Positions 18,129-26,758 of a DNA stretch of 42,846 nt are shown here, one piece after another; position 1 is the first letter of the stretch, and every line of letters starts with the position of its first letter. The stretch comes from Candidatus Giovannonibacteria bacterium (GTDB lineage Bacteria; Patescibacteriota; Minisyncoccia; UBA11713; 2-01-FULL-45-33): assembly GCA_030699445.1 (NCBI GenBank), contig JAUYMO010000020.1:1-42846 (forward strand), read 5' to 3'. The notes under the pieces are model-generated. The model did no database searches. It was given only the letters and a program-made list of their open reading frames with translations, and was not told the origin of the DNA. The position numbers were made by a program, and so were the translations under genes.

Positions 18129-19322
18129 ATGGCGGAAAAATTTGAGAGGACAAAACCCCACTTAAATGTGGGCACAATCGGCCACGTTGACCACGGCAAG
18201 ACCACTTTAACGGCGGCTATTTTACACGTGCTTAATTTGGCGGGCAAAAAGGTGCGCATTGAAAAAATTGAGGACATTGACAACGCTCCCGAAGAGAGGA
18301 AGCGCGGAATTACCATCGCCTTGCATCATTCCGAATACGAAACCGACAAGCGCCACTACGCGCACATTGATGCTCCCGGGCACGCCGACTACATTAAAAA
18401 TATGATAACCGGAGCCGCGCAGATGGACGGCGCGATTTTGGTGGTTTCGGCCGCGGACGGCCCGATGCCCCAGACCAGAGAGCACATTCTTTTGGCGCGC
18501 CAAGTAGGCGTTCCGGCGGTTATTGTTTTTCTGAATAAAGTTGACACGGTTGACGACAAAGAATTGGTTGATTTGGTTGAAACGGAAATCAGGGAGCTCT
18601 TAACCAAATATGAATACCCGGGCGACAAAACTCCGATTATCCGCGGTTCGGCTTTGAAGGCCTTGGCGGCGAAATCCGCCGATGACGAATGGGCCAAGCC
18701 GATTTTGGAACTTGCAAAACAATTAGATGAATATATTCCGGAACCTGTTCGCGACATTGACATGCCTTTTCTTATGCCGGCTGAAGATGTTTTTTCAATT
18801 GAAGGAAGAGGCACCGTGGTTACCGGAAGAATTGAGCGCGGAAAAGTTAAATTAAACGACGAAGTTGAAATCGTGGGATTGAAAGACACCCAAAAAACTG
18901 TGGTGACGGGCATTGAAATGTTCAATAAGCAATTGGACGAAGGCATGGCGGGAGACAACGCCGGGATTTTGCTCCGCGGAGTTAAAAAGGAAGACGTGGA
19001 AAGGGGCCAGGTAATCGCCAAGCCCGGGTCTATTACTCCGCACACCGATTTTGAATCGGAAGTTTATATTCTCACCAAAGAAGAAGGCGGACGGCACACG
19101 CCGTTTTTCACCGGCTATAAGCCGCAATTTTACATCAGGACAACCGATGTGACCGGCGATGTGACGTTGCCGACTGGGACTGAAATGGTGATGCCAGGAG
19201 ACACGATTAAATTCACTGTGAAGCTCATCGCGCCGGTTGCCATGGAAGAAAAATTGCGCTTCGCGATTCGCGAAGGAGGCAAAACTGTCGGTGCGGGAGT
19301 TGTCACCAAAATTGTTAAATAA
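18129..19322 (+). CDS. tuf: Elongation factor Tu
   Basis: [30 protein letters not shown]. Confidence 0.99.
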   Translation: MAEKFERTKPHLNVGTIGHVDHGKTTLTAAILHVLNLAGKKVRIEKIEDIDNAPEERKRGITIALHHSEYETDKRHYAHIDAPGHADYIKNMITGAAQMDGAILVVSAADGPMPQTREHILLARQVGVPAVIVFLNKVDTVDDKELVDLVETEIRELLTKYEYPGDKTPIIRGSALKALAAKSADDEWAKPILELAKQLDEYIPEPVRDIDMPFLMPAEDVFSIEGRGTVVTGRIERGKVKLNDEVEIVGLKDTQKTVVTGIEMFNKQLDEGMAGDNAGILLRGVKKEDVERGQVIAKPGSITPHTDFESEVYILTKEEGGRHTPFFTGYKPQFYIRTTDVTGDVTLPTGTEMVMPGDTIKFTVKLIAPVAMEEKLRFAIREGGKTVGAGVVTKIVK

Positions 19323-19338
19323 AGCTAAAAATTAAGCG

Positions 19339-19698
19339 ATGCCGAAGAGCCCATTAAAAACCAAAGAGAAAGAAAAAGAAAAGGAAGCGGAAGAAAAGCA
19401 AAGGCTTAGAATCCGCGTGCGAGCTTACGACCATAAAATTTTGGACTCCTCGGTAAAACAAATCGTGGACACGGCTTTGAGGTACGGCTCGGAAATACAG
19501 GGGCCGGTGCCTTTGCCCACGGAAATAAAAAAATACACCGTCAACCGCTCATCTTTCGTGCACAAAAACGCGCGGGAGCAGTTTGAAATGCGCGTGCACC
19601 GGCGCCTAATTGATATTTTAAACCCCACGGCGAAAGTTATTGAAGCCATGACCAATCTCAATCTTCCGGCAGGCGTGGATATTGAGATAAAAATGTAA
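19339..19698 (+). CDS. rpsJ: 30S ribosomal protein S10
   Basis: [31 protein letters not shown]. Confidence 0.99.
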   Translation: MPKSPLKTKEKEKEKEAEEKQRLRIRVRAYDHKILDSSVKQIVDTALRYGSEIQGPVPLPTEIKKYTVNRSSFVHKNAREQFEMRVHRRLIDILNPTAKVIEAMTNLNLPAGVDIEIKM

Positions 19699-19711
19699 TA
19701 ATATTAAATTG

Positions 19712-19894
19712 ATGGCACAAGAAATTACAATTGACGATTTGGCCGGAATGGTAAAACGCAGGTTTGATAAGGTTGACGAAACCTTAGACAGAATCGAAAA
19801 CTTTATTTTAAAGAAACACGAAAGAGAAATCGGAGATTTGAAATTGCGCATGCAAAACCTTGAAGATATGCTGGCAATGCCAACGAAGAAATAA
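19712..19894 (+). CDS. Small coiled-coil hypothetical protein
   Basis: ITIDDLAGMVKRRFDKVDETLDRIE heptad pattern. Confidence 0.7.
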   Translation: MAQEITIDDLAGMVKRRFDKVDETLDRIENFILKKHEREIGDLKLRMQNLEDMLAMPTKK

Positions 19895-19926
19895 AAAAAG
19901 TTGTGGGTGCATATTACCACACGCTA

Positions 19927-19955
19927 TTGACATAGGTCTATCTTAGGTCTATGCT
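19927..19955 (+). promoter_or_regulatory. Sigma70 promoter TTGACA-17-TATGCT with a taggtctat direct repeat
   Basis: Repeat units at 19933-19941 and 19944-19952. Confidence 0.7.
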
Positions 19956-19982
19956 CAAACACAGAAGAAGAAAGGAGCTTTT

Positions 19983-20360
19983 ATGACTAAGAGAGATTGG
20001 GAGTTTTTGGAAAAAATGCCTGGTCGCCTTGACTCTGTTATTAAAAGTCTCGAACTAGTTTCTTTCCTAAAAGACAGAGAGAATCAGATTGGGGGCGAAG
20101 AAATGCTTTGCCGGGCTCGTTTCGAGTTTGGCACCAATTACGGTCAAGAAGACGCCGATTGGTTTATTGAGCATCAAGAAAAGATTCCCAAAGAATTCCG
20201 TCCATTCTTTCTCGTTTTTGCTGGTTCTGACTGTATGACCTCATGGGGTTGGCGTCATGTTGCGTGTCTAAGCTTTGAAAGTGGGCTGTGGGTTCTCGGC
20301 TTAAAGGGGCTCAACGAGTATTTCTATTCCCCTTGCCGACTGGTTCGTAATCGTAGATAG
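19983..20360 (+). CDS. Hypothetical protein with a DGR variable-region-like C-terminus
   Basis: G.R.V..L....G.W.L....L...F....RL.R.R C-terminus, NNY-rich codons, downstream GC hairpin; AAGGAG SD. Confidence 0.6.
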   Translation: MTKRDWEFLEKMPGRLDSVIKSLELVSFLKDRENQIGGEEMLCRARFEFGTNYGQEDADWFIEHQEKIPKEFRPFFLVFAGSDCMTSWGWRHVACLSFESGLWVLGLKGLNEYFYSPCRLVRNRR

Positions 20361-20394
20361 TTCTTTGAAGCTTGGGATCTTGTTTTTTTAACTT

Positions 20395-20428
20395 TCAGCT
20401 CTGCGCGCACGCAGAGCTGATTTTTTTT
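20395..20428 (+). terminator. GC hairpin plus U-tract (terminator and/or DGR target stem-loop)
   Basis: tcagctctgcg-cgca-cgcagagctga-tttttttt. Confidence 0.8.
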
Positions 20429-20469
20429 ATGCTATTGAAATTTAAATCTTTGTTTGCTACACTAAGCCA

Positions 20470-21072
20470 ATGAAATTCATACTTGCTAAAAAAATAGAAA
20501 TGTCGCAGATTTTTGACGACAAAGGTAGGGTGCATCCGGTAACCTGGCTTTTGGCCGGGCCTATTTTTGTGACCCAGAAAAAATCGGCGGAAAAAGACGG
20601 ATATGTTTCCGTGCAAGTCGGCTTTGGGACGAAAAAAGAAAAAAATATAAAAAAACCGCAGAAAAAATTGGGAAATTTTGAGGGATTTAAAGAATTCAGA
20701 CCTCTAACTTCCGACGCCTCGCTTCCGGAAGTGGGGGACAAAATTGATGTTTCGGTTTTTAAAGAAGGAGACGCTGTTAATGTTTCAGGAACTTCCAAAG
20801 GCAAGGGCTTTCAGGGCGTTGTGAAAAGGCACGGCTTCGCCGGCGGCTCGCGGACTCACGGCCAGAAGCATTCGGAAAGAGAGCCGGGGTCAATCGGAGC
20901 AACTTGGCCGCAAAGAGTTTTGAAAGGCAAGCGCATGCCCGGGCGGATGGGCAGCGAGCGCGTCACGGTGCGGAATCTTAAAGTAATCAAAATAATTCCG
21001 GAAAAAAATCTTCTGGCCATTTTAGGAGCTGTTCCTGGTCATCGTGGCAGTCTCGTGGAGGTTAGGGGGTGA
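20470..21072 (+). CDS. rplC: 50S ribosomal protein L3
   Basis: SKGKGFQGVVKRH, HGQKHSEREPGSIG, GKRMPGRMG. Confidence 0.99.
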   Translation: MKFILAKKIEMSQIFDDKGRVHPVTWLLAGPIFVTQKKSAEKDGYVSVQVGFGTKKEKNIKKPQKKLGNFEGFKEFRPLTSDASLPEVGDKIDVSVFKEGDAVNVSGTSKGKGFQGVVKRHGFAGGSRTHGQKHSEREPGSIGATWPQRVLKGKRMPGRMGSERVTVRNLKVIKIIPEKNLLAILGAVPGHRGSLVEVRG

Positions 21073-21073
21073 A

Positions 21074-21156
21074 TTTATAGTTATCTCCGGCGCCCTGCCT
21101 GCCGGCAGGCAGGCATCCCCGGCAACCGCGGAAGCTTGGTGGAAATCAGAGGATAA
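21074..21156 (+). pseudogene. Relic second rplC 3' end, frameshifted by a 20-bp palindrome
   Basis: FIVISGA[cctgcctgccggcaggcagg]IPGNRGSLVEIRG* versus the active LLAILGAVPGHRGSLVEVRG*. Confidence 0.85.
21094..21113. repeat. 20-bp perfect palindrome of the CCTGCC/GGCAGG family
   Basis: cctgcctgcc|ggcaggcagg. Confidence 0.95.
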
Positions 21157-21174
21157 AAGGGTTATAATTAGCAT

Positions 21175-21435
21175 ATGTCAAAAACACAAGAAGAAAACAT
21201 CATAAAAATGCCCGATTTAAGCTCAATTCTTAAGCCATATGAAAATAAATGGGTGGCGCTTTCTCCTGATAGAAAAAAAGTTGTGGCCAGTGGCGAAACC
21301 CTTAAAGAGGCCGCTTCTAAAATAGACAGCAAGTTTAAAAATCAAGTTGCTTTTTCGAAAGTGCTGTCGCTCGGCATAAATTTAGCGCCTTCTATAAGAA
21401 ATAATATATATGAGGCCTACAACAGAAGAACTTAA
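21175..21435 (+). CDS. DUF5678-like small protein
   Basis: YENKWVAL...KVVASGETLKEA pattern. Confidence 0.65.
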   Translation: MSKTQEENIIKMPDLSSILKPYENKWVALSPDRKKVVASGETLKEAASKIDSKFKNQVAFSKVLSLGINLAPSIRNNIYEAYNRRT

Positions 21436-21736
21436 TAAGAAAATTTGGTACCGGATATTTAAAGTTGTCGCTGTTTTGGTTTTTATTGGAGCATTTATCG
21501 CGCCATGGATAGTACACGAACCCAATATTTTGCTATTGATCGATAGTGCTGTCAACGCACTTATATGGTTGATATTACTTTTTATTATCCGAGCGGTGAT
21601 TTTGTATACAATATATGGAAAAAGAGAGACAACACCGGAAGAAAGAAAAAGAATATGGGAATGGATAATTTGGGGGACTGCCAGTTTGATACTAATAGTC
21701 GGCTTTTTATCCGTCGTTATTTATTTTGCTTTCTAA
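21410..21736 (+). CDS. Hypothetical membrane protein (3 TM)
   Basis: Three hydrophobic segments. Confidence 0.65.
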   Translation: MRPTTEELNKKIWYRIFKVVAVLVFIGAFIAPWIVHEPNILLLIDSAVNALIWLILLFIIRAVILYTIYGKRETTPEERKRIWEWIIWGTASLILIVGFLSVVIYFAF

Positions 21737-21833
21737 GCGATATTCACACAGTAGTTGAGGTGTATGCTATTATAAGAGTATAGTAAAATTGGTTTATATC
21801 TACGACAAACGACGTGTCTTTTTTGGTTTTGTC

Positions 21834-21862
21834 TTGACAAATGTTTAATAACGCTTTATATT
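21834..21862 (+). promoter_or_regulatory. Promoter TTGACA-17-TATATT
   Basis: Upstream of the Panacea gene. Confidence 0.7.
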
Positions 21863-21888
21863 AAGAACATAAGAAAACATACAAACAA

Positions 21889-22425
21889 ATGAATATACCA
21901 CTCCCAAAATTGAAGGCCATCATACTCTATTTTTGCACTTACACCGACAGTAAGTTTCTTGGGAAAGTAAAGCTAATGAAGCTATTTTACTTTCTAGATT
22001 TTATGCATATAAAAAAATATGGCGCGCCAGTTACTTATGATCATTATGTGAATCTAGAACATGGGCCTATACCTTCCTCTATAAAAAACTTAATTGATAA
22101 TGCCTCCGATGACGTAGATAATTCTGTGTTATCTGACATAGTTTCATTTGAGACGCCGGAAGGAACTGGTATGTACCGCGTTATTCCCTCTAGAAAGTTT
22201 ACAGAGAAAGACGAAAAATATTTTTCACGCACAGAATTAGACATTCTAAACGCCGTTTGTAGGAGATTTGGTGATAAAAACACCAAATATATAGAAGACA
22301 TATCTCATGCAGAGGCACCATGGAAAGAAACAAAATTTTTGGAGGAAATTCCATACACACTTGCTACAAAGGACACTGATTGCTTGGTAAGCGAGGAAGA
22401 AATAAAATTATTACTTAGCCTTTAA
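21889..22425 (+). CDS. Panacea (DUF4065/GepA/SocA-like) antitoxin
   Basis: GKVKLMKLFYFLDF, HGPIP, ISHAEAPW. Confidence 0.9.
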   Translation: MNIPLPKLKAIILYFCTYTDSKFLGKVKLMKLFYFLDFMHIKKYGAPVTYDHYVNLEHGPIPSSIKNLIDNASDDVDNSVLSDIVSFETPEGTGMYRVIPSRKFTEKDEKYFSRTELDILNAVCRRFGDKNTKYIEDISHAEAPWKETKFLEEIPYTLATKDTDCLVSEEEIKLLLSL

Positions 22426-22433
22426 AAAACGTT

Positions 22434-22826
22434 ATGGCCGAAACCATTAAATTCGGTGACGTATTTAAATACAAAGAAAAAGAATACGTATACCTAGTAA
22501 AAACAGACGAAATACTTTACGTTGCCGCAATACTGAATAAAGAAGACACATCTAGGGTTAACACGCGATATGAGAATTTGGAGCGTAACGGCAAAATTGA
22601 TCAATATAAAGACCACCCACTTTATTGTTTTGTAATGTTAACGACAGAGGAATTTAAAGATAGAATGGCTAACTTTTATCGGCCCGGACATGACGAGAGC
22701 AACCTAAATTTTGGTGGCATATTATGTTCCTTAAATGTTAGAGATTTAAAGGATATAAAATCCGAAATATTAAAAGGGCCTGTACCCAAAGAGCTTCAGG
22801 AATTAGTAAAAAATATCAATATATAA
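22434..22826 (+). CDS. Hypothetical protein, candidate Panacea-cognate toxin
   Basis: 8 nt downstream of the Panacea gene; same low-GC composition; followed by a terminator. Confidence 0.6.
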   Translation: MAETIKFGDVFKYKEKEYVYLVKTDEILYVAAILNKEDTSRVNTRYENLERNGKIDQYKDHPLYCFVMLTTEEFKDRMANFYRPGHDESNLNFGGILCSLNVRDLKDIKSEILKGPVPKELQELVKNINI

Positions 22827-22835
22827 GCTATGTCC

Positions 22836-22858
22836 AGCCCCCTTGCGGGGGGTTTTTG
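22836..22858 (+). terminator. Terminator-like hairpin, repeated at 23235-23258
   Basis: agcccccttgcggggggtttttg versus agccacccttgcggggggtttttg. Confidence 0.75.
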
Positions 22859-22878
22859 ATGATGATATTATTAAATTG

Positions 22879-23061
22879 ATGGCAAAAAAGAAAATTAAAA
22901 AAGACATACTTACTTTTAACGCTGTTTTTTCCGAAGAAGACGCTGGCGGATATAGTGTGAGCGTACCGGCTTTGCCGGGATGTTTTTCGCAGGGGGATGA
23001 TTTTGAGGAGGCGGCGAAGAATATCGCAGAAGCAATTGAACTTTATAAGGTAGCCACATGA
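22879..23061 (+). CDS. hicB: HicB-family antitoxin (C-terminally shortened)
   Basis: [34 protein letters not shown]. Confidence 0.9.
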   Translation: MAKKKIKKDILTFNAVFSEEDAGGYSVSVPALPGCFSQGDDFEEAAKNIAEAIELYKVAT

Positions 23062-23198
23062 AATTTATTCGTATGGGTTCTGAGGGCGCAAAAGAATCCA
23101 TTGTTGTTCCAAATCACAAAGTTTTAAAGAAAGGAATGTTGCATGATATTTTAAAAAAGCTCGGACTTAATATTGAAAAATTTAAAGAGCTTGGTTGA
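23049..23198 (+). pseudogene. hicA: HicA toxin remnant lacking its N-terminus
   Basis: GSHMKFIR...[23 protein letters not shown]; no start codon upstream of GSH. Confidence 0.8.
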
Positions 23199-23424
23199 GG
23201 CGAGAGGATAAATAGCTATATTTTGAAGCTCAAAAGCCACCCTTGCGGGGGGTTTTTGGTTGTGCTAATATCTAAATCACTTGTGGGAAGAGAACCAAAA
23301 TACGGTTTAGGAGGATAAAAAGGCGCAAAATCCCGGGTTTTTAACCGAGGAGGTTCTGCCTCCTTGTTTTTCGTTGCTTTAGCAACGATCCCGCCATCGG
23401 CGGGATGAAAGCTAAAGCTTTCAT

Positions 23425-24075
23425 ATGAAAATAACAACTTATAACACAAAAGGAGAAAAGGCGGGAACTGCGGAATTGCCGGAGGGGATTTTTGGGGTGG
23501 CTTGGAAACCGGCGTTGGTAAAACAGGTTTTTGACGGGGAAATGGCCAACAAGCGCCGCCCCTGGGCGCATACCAAAACCAGAGGCGAGGTAAGGGGAGG
23601 CGGCAGAAAGCCGTGGCGGCAAAAAGGGACGGGACGAGCGCGCCATGGGTCAACACGCTCTCCTTTGTGGGTTGGCGGTGGAGTCGCCCATGGGCCGAGA
23701 AACGAAAGGGATTACAGCGTAAAAATAAATAAAAAAATGAGGCGGGGAGCGCTGATTTCTTTGCTTTCCAGAAAATTAAAAGAAAAAGAAATTATTTTGA
23801 TTGATAATTTTGAAATGGCTAAACCCAAAACAAAAGAAGCTTTTAATATTTTTAAAAATTTAAGGACAGCAGGAGATATTTATAATTTGGGAGTAAAAGG
23901 CGGGAAAGCGCTTTTGGCTTTAGTGAAAGGCGACGCCAAAAAAGCGGTCCATAATCTGCCTTTCGTGAATTTTATAGAGCCGAGAAATTTGAATGTTTCG
24001 GCGCTTTTAAAAAATAAATATTTAATTTTGGATAAGGCCAGCATTAAAGAATTAGAAAAAACTTATGCCGTTTAA
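23425..24075 (+). CDS. rplD: 50S ribosomal protein L4
   Basis: TKTRGEVRGGGRKPWRQKGTGRARHGS. Confidence 0.99.
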   Translation: MKITTYNTKGEKAGTAELPEGIFGVAWKPALVKQVFDGEMANKRRPWAHTKTRGEVRGGGRKPWRQKGTGRARHGSTRSPLWVGGGVAHGPRNERDYSVKINKKMRRGALISLLSRKLKEKEIILIDNFEMAKPKTKEAFNIFKNLRTAGDIYNLGVKGGKALLALVKGDAKKAVHNLPFVNFIEPRNLNVSALLKNKYLILDKASIKELEKTYAV

Positions 24076-24529
24076 TTTATCGCAAATATTCGGAGGATGG
24101 AGGAGGAAAGAAAGCAAAGGGCGCAGCAAGGCCCGAGGCACAGCGGATGAAATTTCTAGGCGTGGGCGCGCGCCCGAAGCCGCGAAAGCGGCTGAGGGCA
24201 GGGTTAAGGAAATTTCAGATGCTACGCCTCGGGTCGCTTCCGTCAAAAATAAAAGCGAATTGGCGTGGAAATTAATTATCGCGCCGCATATTTCCGAAAA
24301 ATCAACTATGCTCGGCGATGGCAGGTATGTTTTTAAAGTCTCCGGCTCCGCCAACAAGCCTTCCCTTAGGCAGGCCATAGAAGGCAGGTATGGCGTCGCG
24401 GTTCAGTCTATCAACATTCTCGCGGCAAGAAATAAAAAACGGAGACGAGGCGTGATTTTGGGAATTAAGCCGGGATTTAAAAAAGCAATTGTGGCGTTAA
24501 AAGCAGGGCAAACTATTTCTGAATTTTAA
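24065..24529 (+). CDS. rplW: 50S ribosomal protein L23 with N-terminal extension
   Basis: PHISEKS, YVFKV...ANK, KKAIVAL; position between rplD and rplB. Confidence 0.95.
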   Translation: MPFNLSQIFGGWRRKESKGRSKARGTADEISRRGRAPEAAKAAEGRVKEISDATPRVASVKNKSELAWKLIIAPHISEKSTMLGDGRYVFKVSGSANKPSLRQAIEGRYGVAVQSINILAARNKKRRRGVILGIKPGFKKAIVALKAGQTISEF

Positions 24530-24532
24530 TTT

Positions 24533-25363
24533 ATGAAAACTTTCGCTCCAACATCTCCATCCAGAAGGCAAATGACCGGAATAAATTACAGGGAGTTTTT
24601 GACGCGCCATGAGCCCGAAAAATCTTTGGTCTTTGGAAAGCATCGAGCAGTCGGCAGAAATAATTTAGGCCGCATTACCACGCGCCACAAGGGAGGCGGA
24701 GCAAAACGGCTTTTGCGCATCGTTGATTTTCTATTTGATAAAAAAGATATTCCCGGGCGCGTGGAATCGGTTGAATACGACCCAAACCGCACGGCTTTTA
24801 TCGGGCTGGTTGTTTATAAAGACGGCGAGAAGCGCTACATGGTTTTGCCGAAAGATGTCCGCCCCGGGCGCGAAATTTTAATATCCGAAAAAGCCCCAAT
24901 CATAGCCGGCAACCGCTTGCCGTTGGGCGCTTTGCCGCCTGGCACTTTGGTTTACAACATTGCTCTTGCTCCGGAAGGTAAAGCCGCTTTAGTGCGTTCA
25001 GCCGGAAGTTTCGCGGAGGTAGTGGCGCATGACGGCGGATATGCCACAATAAAACTTCCTTCGGGAGAGGTCAGAAAAATAAAAGACAACGCCTGGGCTT
25101 CCGTTGGCCAGGTTTCAAATGAAGAAAATAATCTTGTGGTAATCGGCAAAGCCGGCCGGTCGCGCCTGATGGGCATCCGGCCTACGGTTCGCGGTTCAGC
25201 GATGAATCCGGTGGACCATCCTTACGGAGGCGGCGAAGGGCGCACCATGCGCGGGACAAGGCGCCCGAAAAACAAATGGGGCAAGGGAACCCGGGGCGTT
25301 AAAACCAGAAACCGCAATAAATATTCTTCCCAATTTATAATTAGCCGGAGAACCAAAAATTAA
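24533..25363 (+). CDS. rplB: 50S ribosomal protein L2
   Basis: EYDPNRTA, RGSAMNPVDHPYGGGEG. Confidence 0.99.
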   Translation: MKTFAPTSPSRRQMTGINYREFLTRHEPEKSLVFGKHRAVGRNNLGRITTRHKGGGAKRLLRIVDFLFDKKDIPGRVESVEYDPNRTAFIGLVVYKDGEKRYMVLPKDVRPGREILISEKAPIIAGNRLPLGALPPGTLVYNIALAPEGKAALVRSAGSFAEVVAHDGGYATIKLPSGEVRKIKDNAWASVGQVSNEENNLVVIGKAGRSRLMGIRPTVRGSAMNPVDHPYGGGEGRTMRGTRRPKNKWGKGTRGVKTRNRNKYSSQFIISRRTKN

Positions 25364-25372
25364 TTTAAAATT

Positions 25373-25723
25373 ATGTCGCGAAGCTTAAAAAAAGGCCCGT
25401 ATACAGACCCAAAATTGCTCAAGAAATTAAGCAAGTTTAAATCCGGCGGGCGGGATATAATCAAAACCTGGTCCCGGAGGTCGCAAATCGCTCCGGAGAT
25501 GATAGGATACACTTTCGGGGTGCATAACGGCAAGGATTTTATTACGGTAAATATCTCCGAAGAAATGGTCGGGCACCGCTTGGGCGAATTTTCGCCTACG
25601 CGAAAATTCGTGAAGCACGGCGGGAAAATGCAGAAAGAACTGGAAATGCAGGCCAAGGAAGCAGAAAAAACCAAAGCTGCCGCTTCAACCGCGCCAGCAT
25701 CAGCGGCTCCGGCTAAAAAATAA
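25373..25723 (+). CDS. rpsS: 30S ribosomal protein S19
   Basis: [25 protein letters not shown]. Confidence 0.99.
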   Translation: MSRSLKKGPYTDPKLLKKLSKFKSGGRDIIKTWSRRSQIAPEMIGYTFGVHNGKDFITVNISEEMVGHRLGEFSPTRKFVKHGGKMQKELEMQAKEAEKTKAAASTAPASAAPAKK

Positions 25724-25728
25724 AAATT

Positions 25729-26064
25729 ATGAAAGAAATAAAAGCACATTTGAGATATTTGAGAATGGCGCCGAGAAAAGTAAGATTGGCGGCCGATTTA
25801 ATTCGCGGAAAATCGGCGGAAGAAGCCGAGGCGGCTTTGGGATTTTTAGCGCGCCGGTCCGCCGAGCCCCTAAAAAAACTTCTTCATTCCGCGGTCGCCA
25901 ACGCCAAACATAATTTTAATATTGAAAAAGAAAATCTGTTTGTGAAAAGCATCAGTGTTGACAAAGGGCCGACTTTAAAACGCTTTATGCCGCGCGCGAG
26001 AGGAGTAGCTTCGCCGATCAGGAAGCATTCCAGCCACATTACAATTATACTTTTAGGAAAATAA
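25729..26064 (+). CDS. rplV: 50S ribosomal protein L22
   Basis: PRKVRLAADLIRG, PRARG, SHITI. Confidence 0.99.
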   Translation: MKEIKAHLRYLRMAPRKVRLAADLIRGKSAEEAEAALGFLARRSAEPLKKLLHSAVANAKHNFNIEKENLFVKSISVDKGPTLKRFMPRARGVASPIRKHSSHITIILLGK

Positions 26065-26065
26065 C

Positions 26066-26758
26066 ATGACGCACACATCACATCCATATTCAATGAGGTT
26101 GGGAATCATCAGGCCGTGGAAATCGCGCTGGTTTTCCGTTAAGGATTACCAAAAATTCCTGAAAGAAGATGTTTTATTGAGGGAGCATCTTGAAAAAAAA
26201 CTTAAAGGCATGCTGGTAGACGCGATTGATATTGAAAGATCCCCATCAACGCTGAATGTAATCATAAAAACGGCGAGGCCCGGGCTTTTGATCGGCCGAG
26301 GGGGCGAGGGCGTGGAAAAATTAAAAAAAGAAGTGGAGATATTTTTGAAAAAATTAAGAAAAACATCCGTAAAAAAAACAAGCCTTAAGCTCACGGTTGA
26401 AGAAATAAAATCTCCCGAACAGCACGCGAGAGTGATGGCTGAAACAATAGCGCAGGATTTGGAAAAACGCCTGCCTTTCAGAAGGGTTCTCAAACACACC
26501 ATGAGCAAAATAATGTCATCCAAAGGCGTTAAGGGCGTAAAAATCACGCTTTCGGGCAGATTGGACGGCGCGGAAATGGCGCGCTACGAATGGCTGAAAG
26601 AGGGTCAGGTTCCACTGCAGACGCTGCGCGCTGATATTGATTTTGCCAGAGGCCGGGCGCATTTGCCTTACGGTGACTTGGGAATAAAGGTCTGGATTTA
26701 CAAGGGAGAAATTTTTAACAAAGAAAAAGATGTTGTTACCCAAAAGAGTAAAATTTAG
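26066..26758 (+). CDS. rpsC: 30S ribosomal protein S3
   Basis: [30 protein letters not shown]. Confidence 0.99.
   Translation: MTHTSHPYSMRLGIIRPWKSRWFSVKDYQKFLKEDVLLREHLEKKLKGMLVDAIDIERSPSTLNVIIKTARPGLLIGRGGEGVEKLKKEVEIFLKKLRKTSVKKTSLKLTVEEIKSPEQHARVMAETIAQDLEKRLPFRRVLKHTMSKIMSSKGVKGVKITLSGRLDGAEMARYEWLKEGQVPLQTLRADIDFARGRAHLPYGDLGIKVWIYKGEIFNKEKDVVTQKSKI

Noticed and set aside
1018-19045. Long antisense ORFs over uvrB, rpsL, fusA and tuf (e.g. 1018-1749, 13813-14355, 16045-16587, 18389-19045)
   Set aside because: They are shadow frames of conserved genes with no motifs or expression signals.
20707-20732. acttcc...ggaagt inverted repeat in rplC as another inserted element
   Set aside because: Only 6-bp arms in a naturally variable L3 loop, with no match to the other families.
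23300-23323. ggaggataaaaagg as a fourth rplC-tail relic
   Set aside because: The match is limited to about 10 low-complexity bases and the peptide does not resemble SLVE.RG.
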